NCBI GenBank assembly: GCA_025603075.1
Contig: MU626331.1
Location: 1 to 64,000, forward strand
Direction of reading: 5' to 3'
Length of the DNA: 64,000 nucleotides
Origin: Neoconidiobolus thromboides FSU 785
Lineage: Eukaryota > Fungi > Entomophthoromycota
Position 1 is the first letter of the stretch. Every line of letters starts with the position of its first letter. Of this stretch, positions 12,784 through 25,685 are shown one piece after another. Below the pieces are notes generated by a model that saw only the letters and a list, made by a program, of their open reading frames with translations, ran no database searches and had not been told where the DNA came from. The translations under genes were made by a program, and so were the position numbers.

Positions 12784-13893
12784 CTATAACTTTGCTCTAT
12801 AAATATTGCTATCGTTATTCAGAAGGACAAATTTAGCAATGTTTTTGATAACAGAAGGATTGATAATTATTTGGTTATGGTTACCAAATCTATCATATAA
12901 TAAAGTCACGTCTTTAACGTTTAAGTCAAACAAATGCTGACTAACTAAAAGCAACTGATCCATTGGTACTGCAGTATCCTCACTCGATCCAATTAATAAC
13001 ACTTTTGGTAAATTAGAATAATTCATTTCATTAACATCTTTTAGTTTAACTGAAGTTACCGAATGCTCTTTTAATGCGCTATGATTATTTATCCCTGGAG
13101 CAAATACAATCATACGTGAAGAAGAGGTATCGATTTTTGGTTGACATATACCCATTCTTGGAAGCGATATATCCATTCCTACTGTATCTTCTAATTTAGG
13201 CTCATTTGTGGCTGGTCTAATAACATCCTCTGATTCAGGATACTGTAAAATCATTCTTTTTGTATCTTCTAAATTAGACGATCCAAAAGTTAACTTTGAA
13301 GCGTCTCCTTCTACTTTAAAGGCGACAGAAGCAACATTATTGGAAAAAAAGGCGTTAGATTTAGTAATTGAAACTAAATCAAACACACCAGCAATTGAAA
13401 TGATACCATTAATCCTATTGAACAAGTACAAAAAGTCGTTATTATTATAATAACTACTTAATAGTTTTAAATATTTAGTTGAATTGAAACCAATTAAAAG
13501 AGAAATCAAGGCTCCAATTGAATGACCAGCTAGATAAATAGAATCGTAACTGAAACCCAACTTTGTTACTATTTCGATATAACCTTTCATACAATCAATT
13601 AAGTGACCAGGGAATTGAACGGTACCTTCATCTGAAGTTAAACGGTATTGTAGTCTTACCACATGGATTCCTAATTGACTCAATTGATCAGCTAATTGGT
13701 CAAATCCGGTAGCCATCTCGGGTGATAAAAATACTGCAGATTCAATAAATATAAGCAACGGTGCTGGACTAGTTCCAGTTTTGCTTGGGTGAATATGGTA
13801 AACGCATTTTTCGCTTTCACTACTATATTGTCTAGTTTGAACAGGATATTGCTTACTACTGTTTATAACATGTTTAGGGAATTCAAATACCAT
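12784..13893 (-). CDS. Alpha/beta-hydrolase (GDXG / kynurenine formamidase-like) paralog 1, C-terminal PTS1 AKL
   Basis: GHSIG nucleophile elbow, EDTAVP acid residue and GNHNQ His. IFIESAVF replaces HGGGW. Ends YRAKL. 369 aa, intronless. Confidence 0.85.
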   Translation of the reverse strand: MVFEFPKHVINSSKQYPVQTRQYSSESEKCVYHIHPSKTGTSPAPLLIFIESAVFLSPEMATGFDQLADQLSQLGIHVVRLQYRLTSDEGTVQFPGHLIDCMKGYIEIVTKLGFSYDSIYLAGHSIGALISLLIGFNSTKYLKLLSSYYNNNDFLYLFNRINGIISIAGVFDLVSITKSNAFFSNNVASVAFKVEGDASKLTFGSSNLEDTKRMILQYPESEDVIRPATNEPKLEDTVGMDISLPRMGICQPKIDTSSSRMIVFAPGINNHSALKEHSVTSVKLKDVNEMNYSNLPKVLLIGSSEDTAVPMDQLLLVSQHLFDLNVKDVTLLYDRFGNHNQIIINPSVIKNIAKFVLLNNDSNIYRAKL

Positions 13894-15140
13894 CTTTTTA
13901 TTTTATTTTTTGTGTTTATTTCACATTTTCAACTGTTTTTATATGTGTTTTTATCTTATTCGTGTTTCTACTTTATTAGTACCTAACATAACTATAAGAA
14001 TATAATATTTCTATGTTACTCAACAGTATTTCTTTGTACCATAATTTTTAGTTATAAAAATTTTGAATCCCGGTTAAGAACATTGTCAATTAAAATATGC
14101 AAAATATAGTATGGATCAACAAAAAACAGATAAGAACACAAAATAAAGCTTTGCATACAATAGAATAATATCGACAGGTCATTAGGTTAAAAGTAACTAA
14201 TAAGTAAAAGTAAGACTTCATGCTTTTATATAACTTAGAGTTAATCTACCCTAATAGCTGCATTTATTTTAGTTTGTGTTGGTTGTTGTAAACCTAGGTT
14301 TTAATAAATTAAAAATTACACCATTTCAACGAATCATATTATAAATAGAACTTCTTCATATTAAAACAATTCTTAGAAAAATAAATCCGAATAGCTTTAA
14401 AGTTTTATCAAAATAATAACTACCATAATTGAGCACAAATTAATAAGTTTCGGAATTTTCGAAAAGGAAATCGAAATAAAATAAAAATATTTAAATAGTG
14501 TGTGATGTATTAAAATAAATTAATCAAATATTGTTTTTACTACTTAAATTACATGTTACTTTATATGCTCTTGATTTATTCTTAAGTATATTTATCAAGG
14601 GACTGTATACTGTTTTACCTTCCTACTATAATAGTAAATCATTAGAATAAAGTAATTTAACTACTATTTCTTAATCTTCCTACTTTATGTCTTTAATATC
14701 AAACTGATATACATTGCTTAAGGCACCTATTCCTCCATAGTACCCTAAATATTATATACTATATGAGGAGTAAATTCCAATCAAAATCATGTAGTATATT
14801 TTTCTATTACACTATAATAACAGCAATTAATCTAAATAAAGAATTTAGCAAACCTATTAAAGTTCTTTCATTTTTTATCAAACCAGATTAATTTTTGTTA
14901 AATATTTTACAATTAAAAATACTGAATCAATTGTTGGAACATTAGAGTAGGTTATAGTTATATGTTTTTCGTTGCTTCTAATTTTCAGTTATTCTTTATA
15001 GGTATACATTTAAAAGTTACAGTCCTATATATCTTTAAATTCATATTAAAAAATTTTAATCACAGATTAAAAACAATAAGATCTAAACTGTACTAAATGA
15101 TCTCTTAAAATAAAATTCTGACTAAAAGAACACTTCGATT

Positions 15141-15213
15141 AGCCCAACGCGGGGGTCGAACCCGCAACCTTGAGATTAAGAGTCTCACGCTCTGCCGATT
15201 GAGCTAGCCAGGC
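15141..15213 (-). tRNA. tRNA-Lys(CTT)
   Basis: GCCTGGC TA GCTC AATCGGCA GAGC G TGAGA CTCTTAA TCTCA AGGTT GCGGG TTCGACC CCCGC GTTGGGC T folds as a cloverleaf. Confidence 0.95.
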
Positions 15214-16399
15214 CTTTTTCTTACTTGGCTTTTTATTCATTATATATATACTACTAAATATTTTAGAATCTAGATTAATGATTTTTTATTATACTCAACT
15301 TTGAAGACTATTTATACAAGTTTTACATTAATCTTCATTATTACTTATCAAGTCAATTTAAAAATGGTTTAAAATCAAGCTAAAATTAAAACTTAATGCT
15401 TTATATATTAAGAAGTATCGATTCCTATAAATAGTAACTATCTCTTATTAAAAAGTTTGAAATAGCTTAAACCAAATGTTTGCTTATGAGTGCCCAGGAT
15501 TTTTTAAAAAGAATGGTTTAATTTAAGCTACTGCAGCTCTATTGCGATATGACTAACTGTTCATTTTAAAATAAAAGTCAACTAAAACCAGATAAAATCT
15601 AACGATTAGATTTAAAGAGCCAAAAAAAACGTATGATTGACTCTAAAAACCTTCACAAACTAGACCACAATAGAGATGCAATAATTATATAAAGTTTCTT
15701 TTACTTTAATGCTCTTTGTTTTATGTTTATTGGTATGCTCTATATGCACTATAGTTTTGCTTATTTCCTGATTGGTTTAATTTAGCGAATTTTTTAAGGT
15801 TGAATTTACTGTTTTTAATTTAAATATATTATTAAATGATTATGCTACGTAATGTAATTTAGTACTTAATTTATTTTTAATCATTTTAATCCTTTAATTT
15901 AACTTTTATATAATAATTTGTTTTGATAGTTATAGATAAATGAGCACTTTTTGTTTTTTCTATCTTTATTGCAACTACAACTTTGTTAATTTATCCTCAA
16001 GTGATAAATGAATTTGTTATTCTTATTCTAAACTATTATATTAAAAAATAAATTAAAAATGGTTTAATGAGAAACAACTACTTTATGTATTATTAAAAGA
16101 ATAAAAATTTATTTAAAAATTATTTAAAAATTATTTAAAAAATTTAAAGAATAAAAAGGGGAAAGAAAAGTTTAAATATTTACTTTATAAGTAAACTTTT
16201 CTTTATTTAGGCCAAAATAACAAAAATTTGACAATCGCCGGAATAGATGTTCCGAAACATATTTAAAAAAAGAATGCATTGAATCAGTATCATAATATTA
16301 TTATGTCGTATTAAAAATAAGATTGATAAATTAAAGAAGAGGAAGAGTATATAAATGATCTTGTAGCAACCGAAATTAATTTAAAATTTTAATCATAAA

Positions 16400-16897
16400 A
16401 TGTCAGATTTAATTCAATATAAAATTAATCATTTAAAAGTTAACGCTTATTCCCCTGAAATGATTGTACTTCCTTCATATACAAAGAAAGTTAATTCTTT
16501 ATCTTTACCTTCAATATCTTCTTTTATAAATGATTTAAATTATAACCAAGCTTTCAGTAATGATAATGAAAAATCAAAGGATACTTACATAGACAAAGAG
16601 TACACTGCTAGCTCATCTTATTCCTACTTATCGAGTCCATACAAGAGAACAGAATTAGATTATAATAACTTTTACTCAAACATTGAACTAGCGATTGATG
16701 AAGGGTTAGAACGTTTACCCATCAAACCTAAAAGAAAAAGAGCAGGCAAAGCACAAATCAAAATACTAAATCAAATATTCTCAAAAACACCTTTTCCTAG
16801 CACAGAACTAAGGTCATTACTCTCTCATAAATTACGCATGTCTCCAAGGGCCATCCAAATTTGGTTTCAAAATAAGAGGCAGATCAGCAAGAATTAA
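16400..16897 (+). CDS. Homeodomain transcription factor, Yox1/Yhp1-like (165 aa)
   Basis: KPKRKRAGKAQIKIL...MSPRAIQIWFQNKRQ at the extreme C-terminus, an LPSISSF motif upstream, and TATATAAA at 16348. Confidence 0.9.
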   Translation: MSDLIQYKINHLKVNAYSPEMIVLPSYTKKVNSLSLPSISSFINDLNYNQAFSNDNEKSKDTYIDKEYTASSSYSYLSSPYKRTELDYNNFYSNIELAIDEGLERLPIKPKRKRAGKAQIKILNQIFSKTPFPSTELRSLLSHKLRMSPRAIQIWFQNKRQISKN

Positions 16898-17472
16898 TCA
16901 ATTCCTTAAGCCTTTATTATTAATAATTTATTAAAATAAAATCTTTACTACTACATGTAAATAAACTAATTTAAACTTAAGGTTAAACTTTTCTCCAGCT
17001 TCTATTTACTTATTGAATTGCAAATTAAGCATGATTAGTATGAAAAAATATGCATATTTTTTATAGAAATTAAGTTAGCTTTTTCTAAATTATATGCTAC
17101 TTTAAAAAAATATAAAATAAATAAAAGAAAGCCATTCTTAAAATGTTTTACTTTATAGCTTTGATATTAGTCATATAAAGTTTGTGTATTCATATCTAAA
17201 TCAAGTCATAAACTTATGTATGATTTAGGTTCTCTGACTCTCATAAATATATTATATATAGTATTAGAACAACGCTATGACGCTATATAAAACTTCACAA
17301 TTTTAAAAACTTTTTGAATAAAATGCCTCCAGATAGTTTATTATCAATAAAAGTACATAATTCTAAGGGACAAGTAAGTGAGCCGCTCTTCCACAGCTCC
17401 TTTACTTTGTTTAGTAGGAATTGTAACCGTAAATAAATTTGCTCTATAAAAAGAATTTTAAAATTATTATTT

Positions 17473-17641
17473 TACAGCTGTTATAGCTCTTCTGGGACTT
17501 TTTTAGCGACAATTTTTAGAATTAAATCATTTATACTCTAATGTCCTGAAGCCTACCTTTTTTATATTTAAAGCGAATTTTGTATAAATATATTTCTTAA
17601 ATGAATTATTGATTGGGTCAAAAAAAATTACAGCAGCTGTA
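17473..17641 (+). mobile_element. MITE family B (about 165 bp, Tc1/mariner-like termini)
   Basis: TA|CAGCTGTTATAGCTCTT ... AAAATTACAGCAGCTG|TA. Imperfect TIR of about 25 bp with TA on both sides. Confidence 0.7.
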
Positions 17642-19581
17642 ATACACAAATTAATCTAATGCGCTTTTGATTGCAGTGATTTTTAGAAGCATTATAAAAG
17701 TTGAGTAGTTTAAAAGCTAATTTAACCCAATTTAACTTTTTTTGTAAATAATCTTCTATAACCAAATATAGGAAGTGCTAGAATAGTTATTACATTTGCT
17801 ATAAACAAATATAATAATTGTCTATTTTTTATATCAAAAATTATTAAAAAATTTAAATAAATATAATATAATATAAATACTGAAATTAAATGAATGTTAT
17901 TTAAATTAACAAAGTTGTTTTAAATTGATTAATATGAATAAATAACCTCAATTCAATAACTCTCGTTAGCTTCTATTTCAATAAAAAGTAATAAAGCATT
18001 TAAATAAATTATTTTTATACCAGCATTGTTAATATAAGATATAAGCTAAAACTCCTGCCTTGATTTAAGTTTTATTCTATTCTTCTTGAAGCACTTTTAT
18101 TTTACATTTTATATCATTGTTATTAATAATAATTTTTTCTAATTGCTTTATACCTTTATTTAGAATATAAGTGAAAACTTTAATAAAATATAAATATGTT
18201 AGAAATTTATTCTTATTTGCATTTAGAGTTGATTTTAATATAATAGTTCATTATAATTAGCCACAATAGATTCAATATTAAATAATATTAATAATGCAAT
18301 GCCACACTTTTTTATCACAATCAAAATGTAAAGAAATAAAAGTAAATGGGGCTACTCCCATCCTAGCTTATATTTTTTCGCTAAATTAAAATCAACAATT
18401 ATAGCATGACGAATAGCTGCTATATTAAAGGTTGATTTAAATAAAAACCTATTATTTTTGCTTTATTTAAACCAGATTTTTCTTCAAGCCTGGTTTTTTA
18501 ATTATTAATATTTATTTTTAAAACTTAGATATTAAATTAAAAATAGAGGACTTGTATCTGTTATCGATAGTAATAGATAGAATCCCTCTTAAAAATTTAC
18601 CAAACCCTTCTACTTTAACTTTTCACACAAATTGATTTTCCTCCTAAGGGACTATTCCTCTTTTAAAACTATTAACATTATATAATAAAATTTAATATAA
18701 AATATATAAATAACTCTATTTTATTAAAAATTTAATTTTTTAGCCGTTATGTAATCTAACATCACCATCATCTGTTTTATTAATGCCCGCTCTAATTCTA
18801 AATATAATTATAATAGATAAATATTATTTAATACAAATCGATATTAACGATTTTTATATATTAAATGAGTATCGTGACTGATAACCGTTTAAAGCAGTGC
18901 AGATGGCTTTGTTAAAAATTAAAAAGGTTTATTTCAAATAAGCTATTATCATTAAAATTAATTTAATCTAATTATTAACAGGCCATCACACATTCCGCTA
19001 CTTTTTTGGATTGTATTTAAATAGCTAAAGCGTATAACTACAACAACAATAACTTCTTATAAAAAAGTAGGAGAGCTTTAGATCAAATTAACCTTAAGTA
19101 AAAACAATAGTTAAATTAAAAATTACTATTGGAATCAAGGACATGATTGATTTCTTTTGAAAAAGATATAGGGTATATGGAAAGACTTAACATCAAATCT
19201 AAAGTTCTAAATGAATAAAATATAACACCAAAACCTTTATATTTTTAACTTTTTTCAAAACTTTCATATAAAGTAACATCTCTCCTTAAAGCAGCATCCT
19301 CTTTTCAAAAACCATTACAGCTCCGTAATACCATCTTTATCCGTTTATAATAATCCCTGCTCTATTTTTAAATACAATCGTAATGGAAATTTATTATTTG
19401 ATACCAACTGATATAAATAAGCTTTGGTATAAAGAGAAGATCAGGATTAAGGGTTACTTGAGTTAGTGGGGTCGTCTTAGCTAAAAATTAAAAAGTTTTA
19501 TTAGATCGATTCTTATATGCTCGGTCTTTATATGCTGTTTCAAAAGACAGATAAAAGTATAATTTCAACAAGAATTCACTA

Positions 19582-19737
19582 TACAGCTATTGTAACTCTT
19601 TTTATGACTTAATTAACTACTTATTTAAGAAAAAAATCTGTTAAAATCCAGCTAATATTAAAAATCGGGTTTTAAAAAAATTGGTTATATAAGTAATTCA
19701 ATAATAAAAATAGTTACAAAGAGGTTGAAAAGCTGTA
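19582..19737 (-). mobile_element. MITE family B copy, reverse orientation
   Basis: TA|CAGCTATTGTAACTCTTTTTATGAC...AAGCTG|TA. Its reverse complement shares TTTCTTAAA...TAATTAAG and CCAATTTTTTTAAAAC with the 45407 copy. Confidence 0.7.
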
Positions 19738-20174
19738 TATTATTCTAATTTCAGAATAGACTGAACATTTTTAATTTTATATTTACTGAATTTGATTATG
19801 ATGACTTTTCTAATTTTACATTTAGCAAATACTAAGTTAACTGGTAGAGATACGTAATTGCAATAGTAAAAGCTTCTATTGGAAAAAACCTATTGATATT
19901 ATTAACTTCAAGGGAAAATAATGGTAGTTAGTTTAAATTTACGTTGTAGCCAATAATTCTTTAGTTGATTTTAACATGGTATTAAGACATGTATAAAAAT
20001 CTAATAGTTCCTTTGAAGTTTCGGATATTAGATAAAATATAGTAGCAAAATCCTTAATTTTTTAAACTTTGTCCTTTAATATTTCACACAGAATATCACC
20101 ATCATACATTTCTAATAATGCCTCTCTATTTTTAAACACTATAGTAATGTACATACCTTGTTTGATATAAATTG

Positions 20175-20275
20175 ATAGAGAATGTATTTTTTGTTGAAAA
20201 ATCTTGCCAATAGTTATTCTACTCAAATAGTGCTTGAAAAATGGGAAAAATAATAAAACTAAAAAAAACCGTATA
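20175..20275 (+). mobile_element. MITE family A, degenerate copy
   Basis: Core ACTCAAATAGTGCTTGAAAAATGGGAAAAATAATAAAACTAAAAAAAACC is retained; the TIRs are eroded. Confidence 0.65.
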
Positions 20276-21172
20276 AATAAACTTTGGAACAAATTCATAT
20301 TAGAATTAAAAATTGTTTTAAGTCACTAAAAATGATATGATTAAAAATTGGAAAACTAATTTTAAATAAGCTATTTTTCTTAAAGTCGATAATTTAATTT
20401 ATTGTTTCAGTGATTTTAACCTTATTTACACAAAAGTCTTTTTTTTGGTTTGAGTTAATATTTTTAACTATATTACATTAAGAAAATATCTCAAAAAAAA
20501 GCACTTTATGGTGTGGTTAATAAATTATATCATACAAAGGAGTTGCAATTACTATTTTAGGTGAACAATGCAATAGCTGCACTTACTAGTGTAAGAAAGC
20601 AAGTATTAGTTTGATGATATAATCTTCTACAAAAAACAGTAACCTTCTAAGAACCAAAATTTTTTGAAGAACCAATTTAATGTTCATGATTACTTAAAGC
20701 ATTGAAAATTAAGCCTTGAAGATTTTCAAAAGAAAAAATTTGCAATATATATGCAGTCAATAAAGCGAATAATTCCTACTTAAATTGCGAAATAATATCA
20801 AATATATTTATTTAGCGATATTTACTTTCAAGGTATCAATTTATTACTATTACATAAATGCCATGTAGTCATTTTTTATATTGTTATCTTATTTCTAGTA
20901 GTCTATTTTTATTTTATTTAACTTGTTTAATTTATTTTATAAAATGTCAAAACAACCAATCAAGTTTTTAAAGTTCTTTATTAGAACATTACATTTTTCG
21001 ACTGTTGTGACACCACAAGGTGCAGTCTAATATCAAAAAATGATAATCTAAAAACCATTTAGTAACATGGAAGTATTATATTTGAATCCGTAAATTGAGT
21101 GTTAAAATAAGTATATAAATAAAAAAGAAAACAATAAATAGGATCAATAAAATTAACTAAAATTAATTAAAA

Positions 21173-22246
21173 ATGGTATTTGAACCCCCTAAGCAAATTA
21201 GAAATAACAGTAACCAATATAATGTTCAGACGAAACAATATAGCAGTGAAAGTGAGTTATGTGTTTACCATATTCACCCAAGTAAAACTGGTAACAACCC
21301 AGCACCATTGATTGTATTTATTGAATCAGCTATCTTTTTATTACCTGAGGCAGCGATCGGCTTTGATCAAGCAGCTGAAAAATTAAGTCAGTCAGGAATC
21401 CACGTTGTACGATTGCAATATCGTTTAACTACCAAAGAAAATAACCTTCAATTTCCAAATCATTTACTTGACTGTATGAAAGGATATATCGATATCATAA
21501 CAAAATCAGATTTAAACTATAGTTCCATTCATTTAGCTGGTCATTCGGTCGGTGGTTTAATGTCTCTTTTGATTGGTTTTAGTTCAACTAAGTATTTAAA
21601 ATATTTAAATACTAATTATAATACCAGTGATTTATTGTCGCTATTTAAAAAAATCAATGGTATTATTTCAATTGCTGGTGTATTTGATTTAGCTGCAATT
21701 GCTAAATACAATGCTTTTTTTAATAATAATGTTGCTACCATGGCTTTTCAAGTGGAAGGATGCCGAATTTCAAAGGTAGTTATACATTCGCCTGAGTCAG
21801 AAGATATTTCAAGAGTGTTTGTTCCTCCTCCAATAAAGTCAGAAGAAATTTCACGTGAATCTACAAATACTATGAAACCTGATCAAGTTGAGTCTGAATC
21901 TGAAAGCATAACACGAATGGGTATATGCCATCCGAGAATGGGTATTTGTAGTACATTAAAAGAATATTCAGCAACTTCAATTTCATTAAAAGATATTAAT
22001 GAAATGAATTATTCTAATTTACCAAAAGTTTTATTAATTGGATCTAAGGAAGATACTGCTGCCCCAGTGGAACAACTACTTCAATATAATCAACACTTAT
22101 CAAGTTTAAATGTCAAGGATGTTACCTTATTCTGTGATAATTTTGGTAACCATAATCAGTTATTTTTAAATTCATCTGTTATTCAAAAAATGGCTAACTT
22201 TATTCATTCCAGTAATTATAAGAATCTCTATATGGCTAAGTTATGA
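21173..22246 (+). CDS. Alpha/beta-hydrolase paralog 2, C-terminal PTS1 AKL
   Basis: Colinear with paralog 1: GHSVG, EDTAAP, GNHNQ. VFIESAIF replaces HGGGW. Ends YMAKL. TATATAAA at 21112. Confidence 0.85.
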   Translation: MVFEPPKQIRNNSNQYNVQTKQYSSESELCVYHIHPSKTGNNPAPLIVFIESAIFLLPEAAIGFDQAAEKLSQSGIHVVRLQYRLTTKENNLQFPNHLLDCMKGYIDIITKSDLNYSSIHLAGHSVGGLMSLLIGFSSTKYLKYLNTNYNTSDLLSLFKKINGIISIAGVFDLAAIAKYNAFFNNNVATMAFQVEGCRISKVVIHSPESEDISRVFVPPPIKSEEISRESTNTMKPDQVESESESITRMGICHPRMGICSTLKEYSATSISLKDINEMNYSNLPKVLLIGSKEDTAAPVEQLLQYNQHLSSLNVKDVTLFCDNFGNHNQLFLNSSVIQKMANFIHSSNYKNLYMAKL

Positions 22247-23657
22247 TTTTGCTATCTTGAACATTCTACAGTATTAGAATAAATTACATCCTATTTTTTT
22301 AACATTTTTTTAAATTGTTTATTTAATGAATTTTCTAAAATTGAACTTTTTTTATAAAAGTAAATTTAAGTAAAGCTTCAAACCTCCGTATCTTTTTTAT
22401 AGTAAGGTGTGAAGGAGTTAACTCGTAAGTTTTCTTATATACTACTTTTCAAATATGTTTAAACCCTGTTATTTCTTATTTAAACTCTTGAATCTTTTTA
22501 ATACTAATGATGTCTTTACATACCATATCATAGCCTCCCATTCCTTTTTGTCTTTCTCTAAGCTTATGGATCATCTACTCATATTATTTAAAAATCTCAG
22601 CTGACAACACCTTCCACATGATATTGGTTTATCTTTGTCTTGTCAGAGCCAAATTATAGGAGTTAGGATCTAAAACAACTAAACATAGTCCTTCAAAATT
22701 AAAAGCAAGAGCACTTACCTTAAACCATAGCTTCCCAACTTAGTAATCCCATTTACTATATCTGTCCATGGCATCTCTTATTTAGTTACATTGTATTGAC
22801 CAGATGATTAGCTAATACTTAATTGAAATTGGGACAAAATACTTGTGTAGCATAAAATTTTTGTGATAAAAAGGCTCATAATTTTTTTTATGAATTTTGG
22901 CAGAAGTCCTCAAAATTAATCACTTACATCAAACATAAAGCAAGGCTAAATTTACAATGTTTGATTTTGGATCGGATTTTTCTAATTAGTAGTATTATTA
23001 CAAAGTAATTTAGATAGGAGTTTCAAATTTGTTTATTAATTTGTAATATGAAAATCATTTTTTATCTTTTGTGATTGATTGAAATGGTATTAGTCAGTAT
23101 ACAAAATAAAAACAAAAATAAAATAACAACCAAAATAAAATTATTATCAAAAGTTCCATCATTTCAATCAATATTCAAAAATATGTATACCACAATTGTA
23201 TTAAACTTTATTATATTCCAACTTAAAAAAGCAATAACTGATACAATTAAGTTGTATTCATTCTTTGGAAGCACTATTTTTTTTTAAAACTATAGTAATT
23301 ATTTTTAGTATTTTATGCATCCTCTTCCGTCTTATGAGTTATAATATGACGTATATAATCATACTTAATTCTGGTGCGAGTAATTTATTTTGAATTCATT
23401 CTCTGTCTTTATCTTATATCAAACTGGAATACTAAATTTAACAATTATCATCGGTTCAACTATGATTAATATCATTTCCTTATTTCAATACAAAGAAATA
23501 AGATTTGTTATAACAATTAGTTGGATATTATTTTATTATTGTATTTTAATTATTATATCTAATATATCTAATAGCGCTTTTTTAATTGGCAAATTAGACT
23601 TCTTATATCTCAATTGTATGTTATATTCTACTATAGCTTTTCTTTTAAAGATTCTAA

Positions 23658-23762
23658 TATTTGAGGATGTATTTGTGTTTAAGAATTCTGTTAACAATTT
23701 TTCCGCTTAAATAGCGCTTAAAAGATGGAAAAAGTAATGAAACCAAAAAAAACATCCCCATT
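23658..23762 (+). mobile_element. MITE family A copy
   Basis: TTTGAGGATGTATTTG...CCGCTTAAATAGCGCTTAAAAGATGGAAAAAG...AACATCCCCAT. Confidence 0.8.
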
Positions 23763-23802
23763 TGAGTGGAAAGATTGTTAGTAAAATTAAGCAAAAAAAT
23801 AT
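23761..23802 (-). mobile_element. MITE family A half copy directly abutting the previous copy
   Basis: TTTGAGTGGAAAGATTGTTAGTAAAATT is the second half of a reverse-oriented element. Confidence 0.65.
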
Positions 23803-24683
23803 AGTTTAATATATTATTAACTTTTGTACTGTTGAATAAAAACCCTTTTTAAACCAATTTGATCGATATAATATCTCCAGAAATCTTAATTTATTTATTC
23901 TTTATTGATAATAAAGTATTTATTATTATATAGCATTTTAAGTAAAATCTAAAGCATAAAGTTTTAAGTTAATTTAAAATAAACGTTATCATTATAAAAA
24001 GCCCAATTAGATTATTATTAATTATCATCTATCAACTAGTCTAAAATGTAATTATTCTATCTTATTTTTTAGCAAGTGAAATTAATAATGTGTTATTTAG
24101 AAAATCAGTTTAAATGAACAGTTATTTAGCTTTCTGTTGACTTTGATATCTTGTATCACATTATTAAAATATTAGTAGAGGTAGCTTTATCTTGAATCTT
24201 CTCAATAATAAGATTATTATTTAATGATTTTTTTTTTAAAAAACCCTTAAATCATTACCATAAATGGTAAATACTTTAAGTTTTAAAACAATTAATAAAA
24301 TCTAATTGAATATTTTCAACTATAGTAAAGAGACAACTATTGCTAAGTTTAAATTAAATGATTTAAAGTAATTAAAATAGTTAACAGCACCACTATATTA
24401 ATAAATAAAATTGTTAATATCGATTGAAACAACCATTCTCATTATACCACTAAAAGAAATATATTTGAGTATCTAACTAGAAATTCAAGTAAGCCATTTC
24501 AAAAATATTAATTCAAATAAATTAAACCGCAAAGGTAGTTAATCCAACTAAGATTCATTAAGCTAAATATACCCTAGAAAAAAATATATAAAAGCCTCAA
24601 CAGTGTACACCAATTTAATATCATCAACATTTCAATATCTAAACAAACAATCTACTAAATTTCATTAATAATAACAGTAAAAT

Positions 24684-25685
24684 ATGAAGCTCGCAAGTTT
24701 TTTAGTTAGTTTAATTGCATACACTGCTATAATTGAGGCTGTGCCTTTACAACGTCGTACTTTTGGTATGCTAAATGAATTTAACTTACTTAAAGGGATT
24801 TTGGGTGGTAGTAGTAGTAAAAGTAAATCTAAGGAATCTAACTCTGGTAGTAGTTCAAATACTCATAGTAATACTAATAATATGAATAATACTCATAACA
24901 ATGGTATGGCTAATAATAGTAACAATAACGATAATAATAGTAATACTAACAATAATAGTAATACTTTTAATAGCAATTCAATTAATAATAGCAACACTTC
25001 CAACAGTAATTTAATTAATAATAATGCCAATATCGACTTTATTAATAAGTTAATTAATTCGAATCTTAATAATGGTCAAGGTTTCAACGATAATTTCATT
25101 GCCAATTTTAATAAGAATAATAATTCAGGTAGTAATTTTAGTAATATTTTAAATAATGGAAATAACAATATTAACAATAATTCTAATGATATTATCAATT
25201 CTCAAAAGATCAATAATAGCAACTCCTTTACCAATGGTTCTTCTTCCAGTAGTTCATCATCATCATCTTCTAACAATGAATCTGTTTGTCATCAACCTTC
25301 TTCCTCTTCATCTAGCTCTAACTGTTCTCTGAACGGTAAGAACCCATGTAACAATGGTCCAAACGATAAATGTGCACCAGGAAGTGGTTCCTCTTGTAGA
25401 AATGGTCCAAGTGATAAGTGCGCTCAAAATGTTACTGGCTCTTCTTCCACTTGTAATAGTACTTCTTCTAGTAACAATTGTCCACCTAATAATGATAATT
25501 CTCCATCTACCTCTTCCTCTCCAATTAAGGATAGCTCTTCCACTGAAAATAGTAATTCTTCCTCTTCTTCCTCTTCTTCCTCTTCTTCAAGCAGTAGTTC
25601 ATCCAATAGTTCTTTGAATAATAATTTCAATATTCCAAACAATTATCAGGTCGTTCCACCACCACCCCATGGCAATAAATATTAA
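24684..25685 (+). CDS. Secreted Asn/Ser-rich low-complexity protein with a short Cys-containing repeat (333 aa)
   Basis: Signal peptide MKLASFLVSLIAYTAIIEA, dibasic QRR, Asn-rich then Ser-rich tracts, NGPNDKCA / NGPSDKCA repeat, TATATAAA at 24585. Confidence 0.8.
   Translation: MKLASFLVSLIAYTAIIEAVPLQRRTFGMLNEFNLLKGILGGSSSKSKSKESNSGSSSNTHSNTNNMNNTHNNGMANNSNNNDNNSNTNNNSNTFNSNSINNSNTSNSNLINNNANIDFINKLINSNLNNGQGFNDNFIANFNKNNNSGSNFSNILNNGNNNINNNSNDIINSQKINNSNSFTNGSSSSSSSSSSSNNESVCHQPSSSSSSSNCSLNGKNPCNNGPNDKCAPGSGSSCRNGPSDKCAQNVTGSSSTCNSTSSSNNCPPNNDNSPSTSSSPIKDSSSTENSNSSSSSSSSSSSSSSSSNSSLNNNFNIPNNYQVVPPPPHGNKY

Noticed and set aside
22400-22800. Slightly GC-richer segment whose minus strand gives RQKGMGG, reminiscent of the LINE RT-downstream KxxGGLG motif
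   Set aside because: Multiple stops and only one weak motif; cannot be supported without a profile search.
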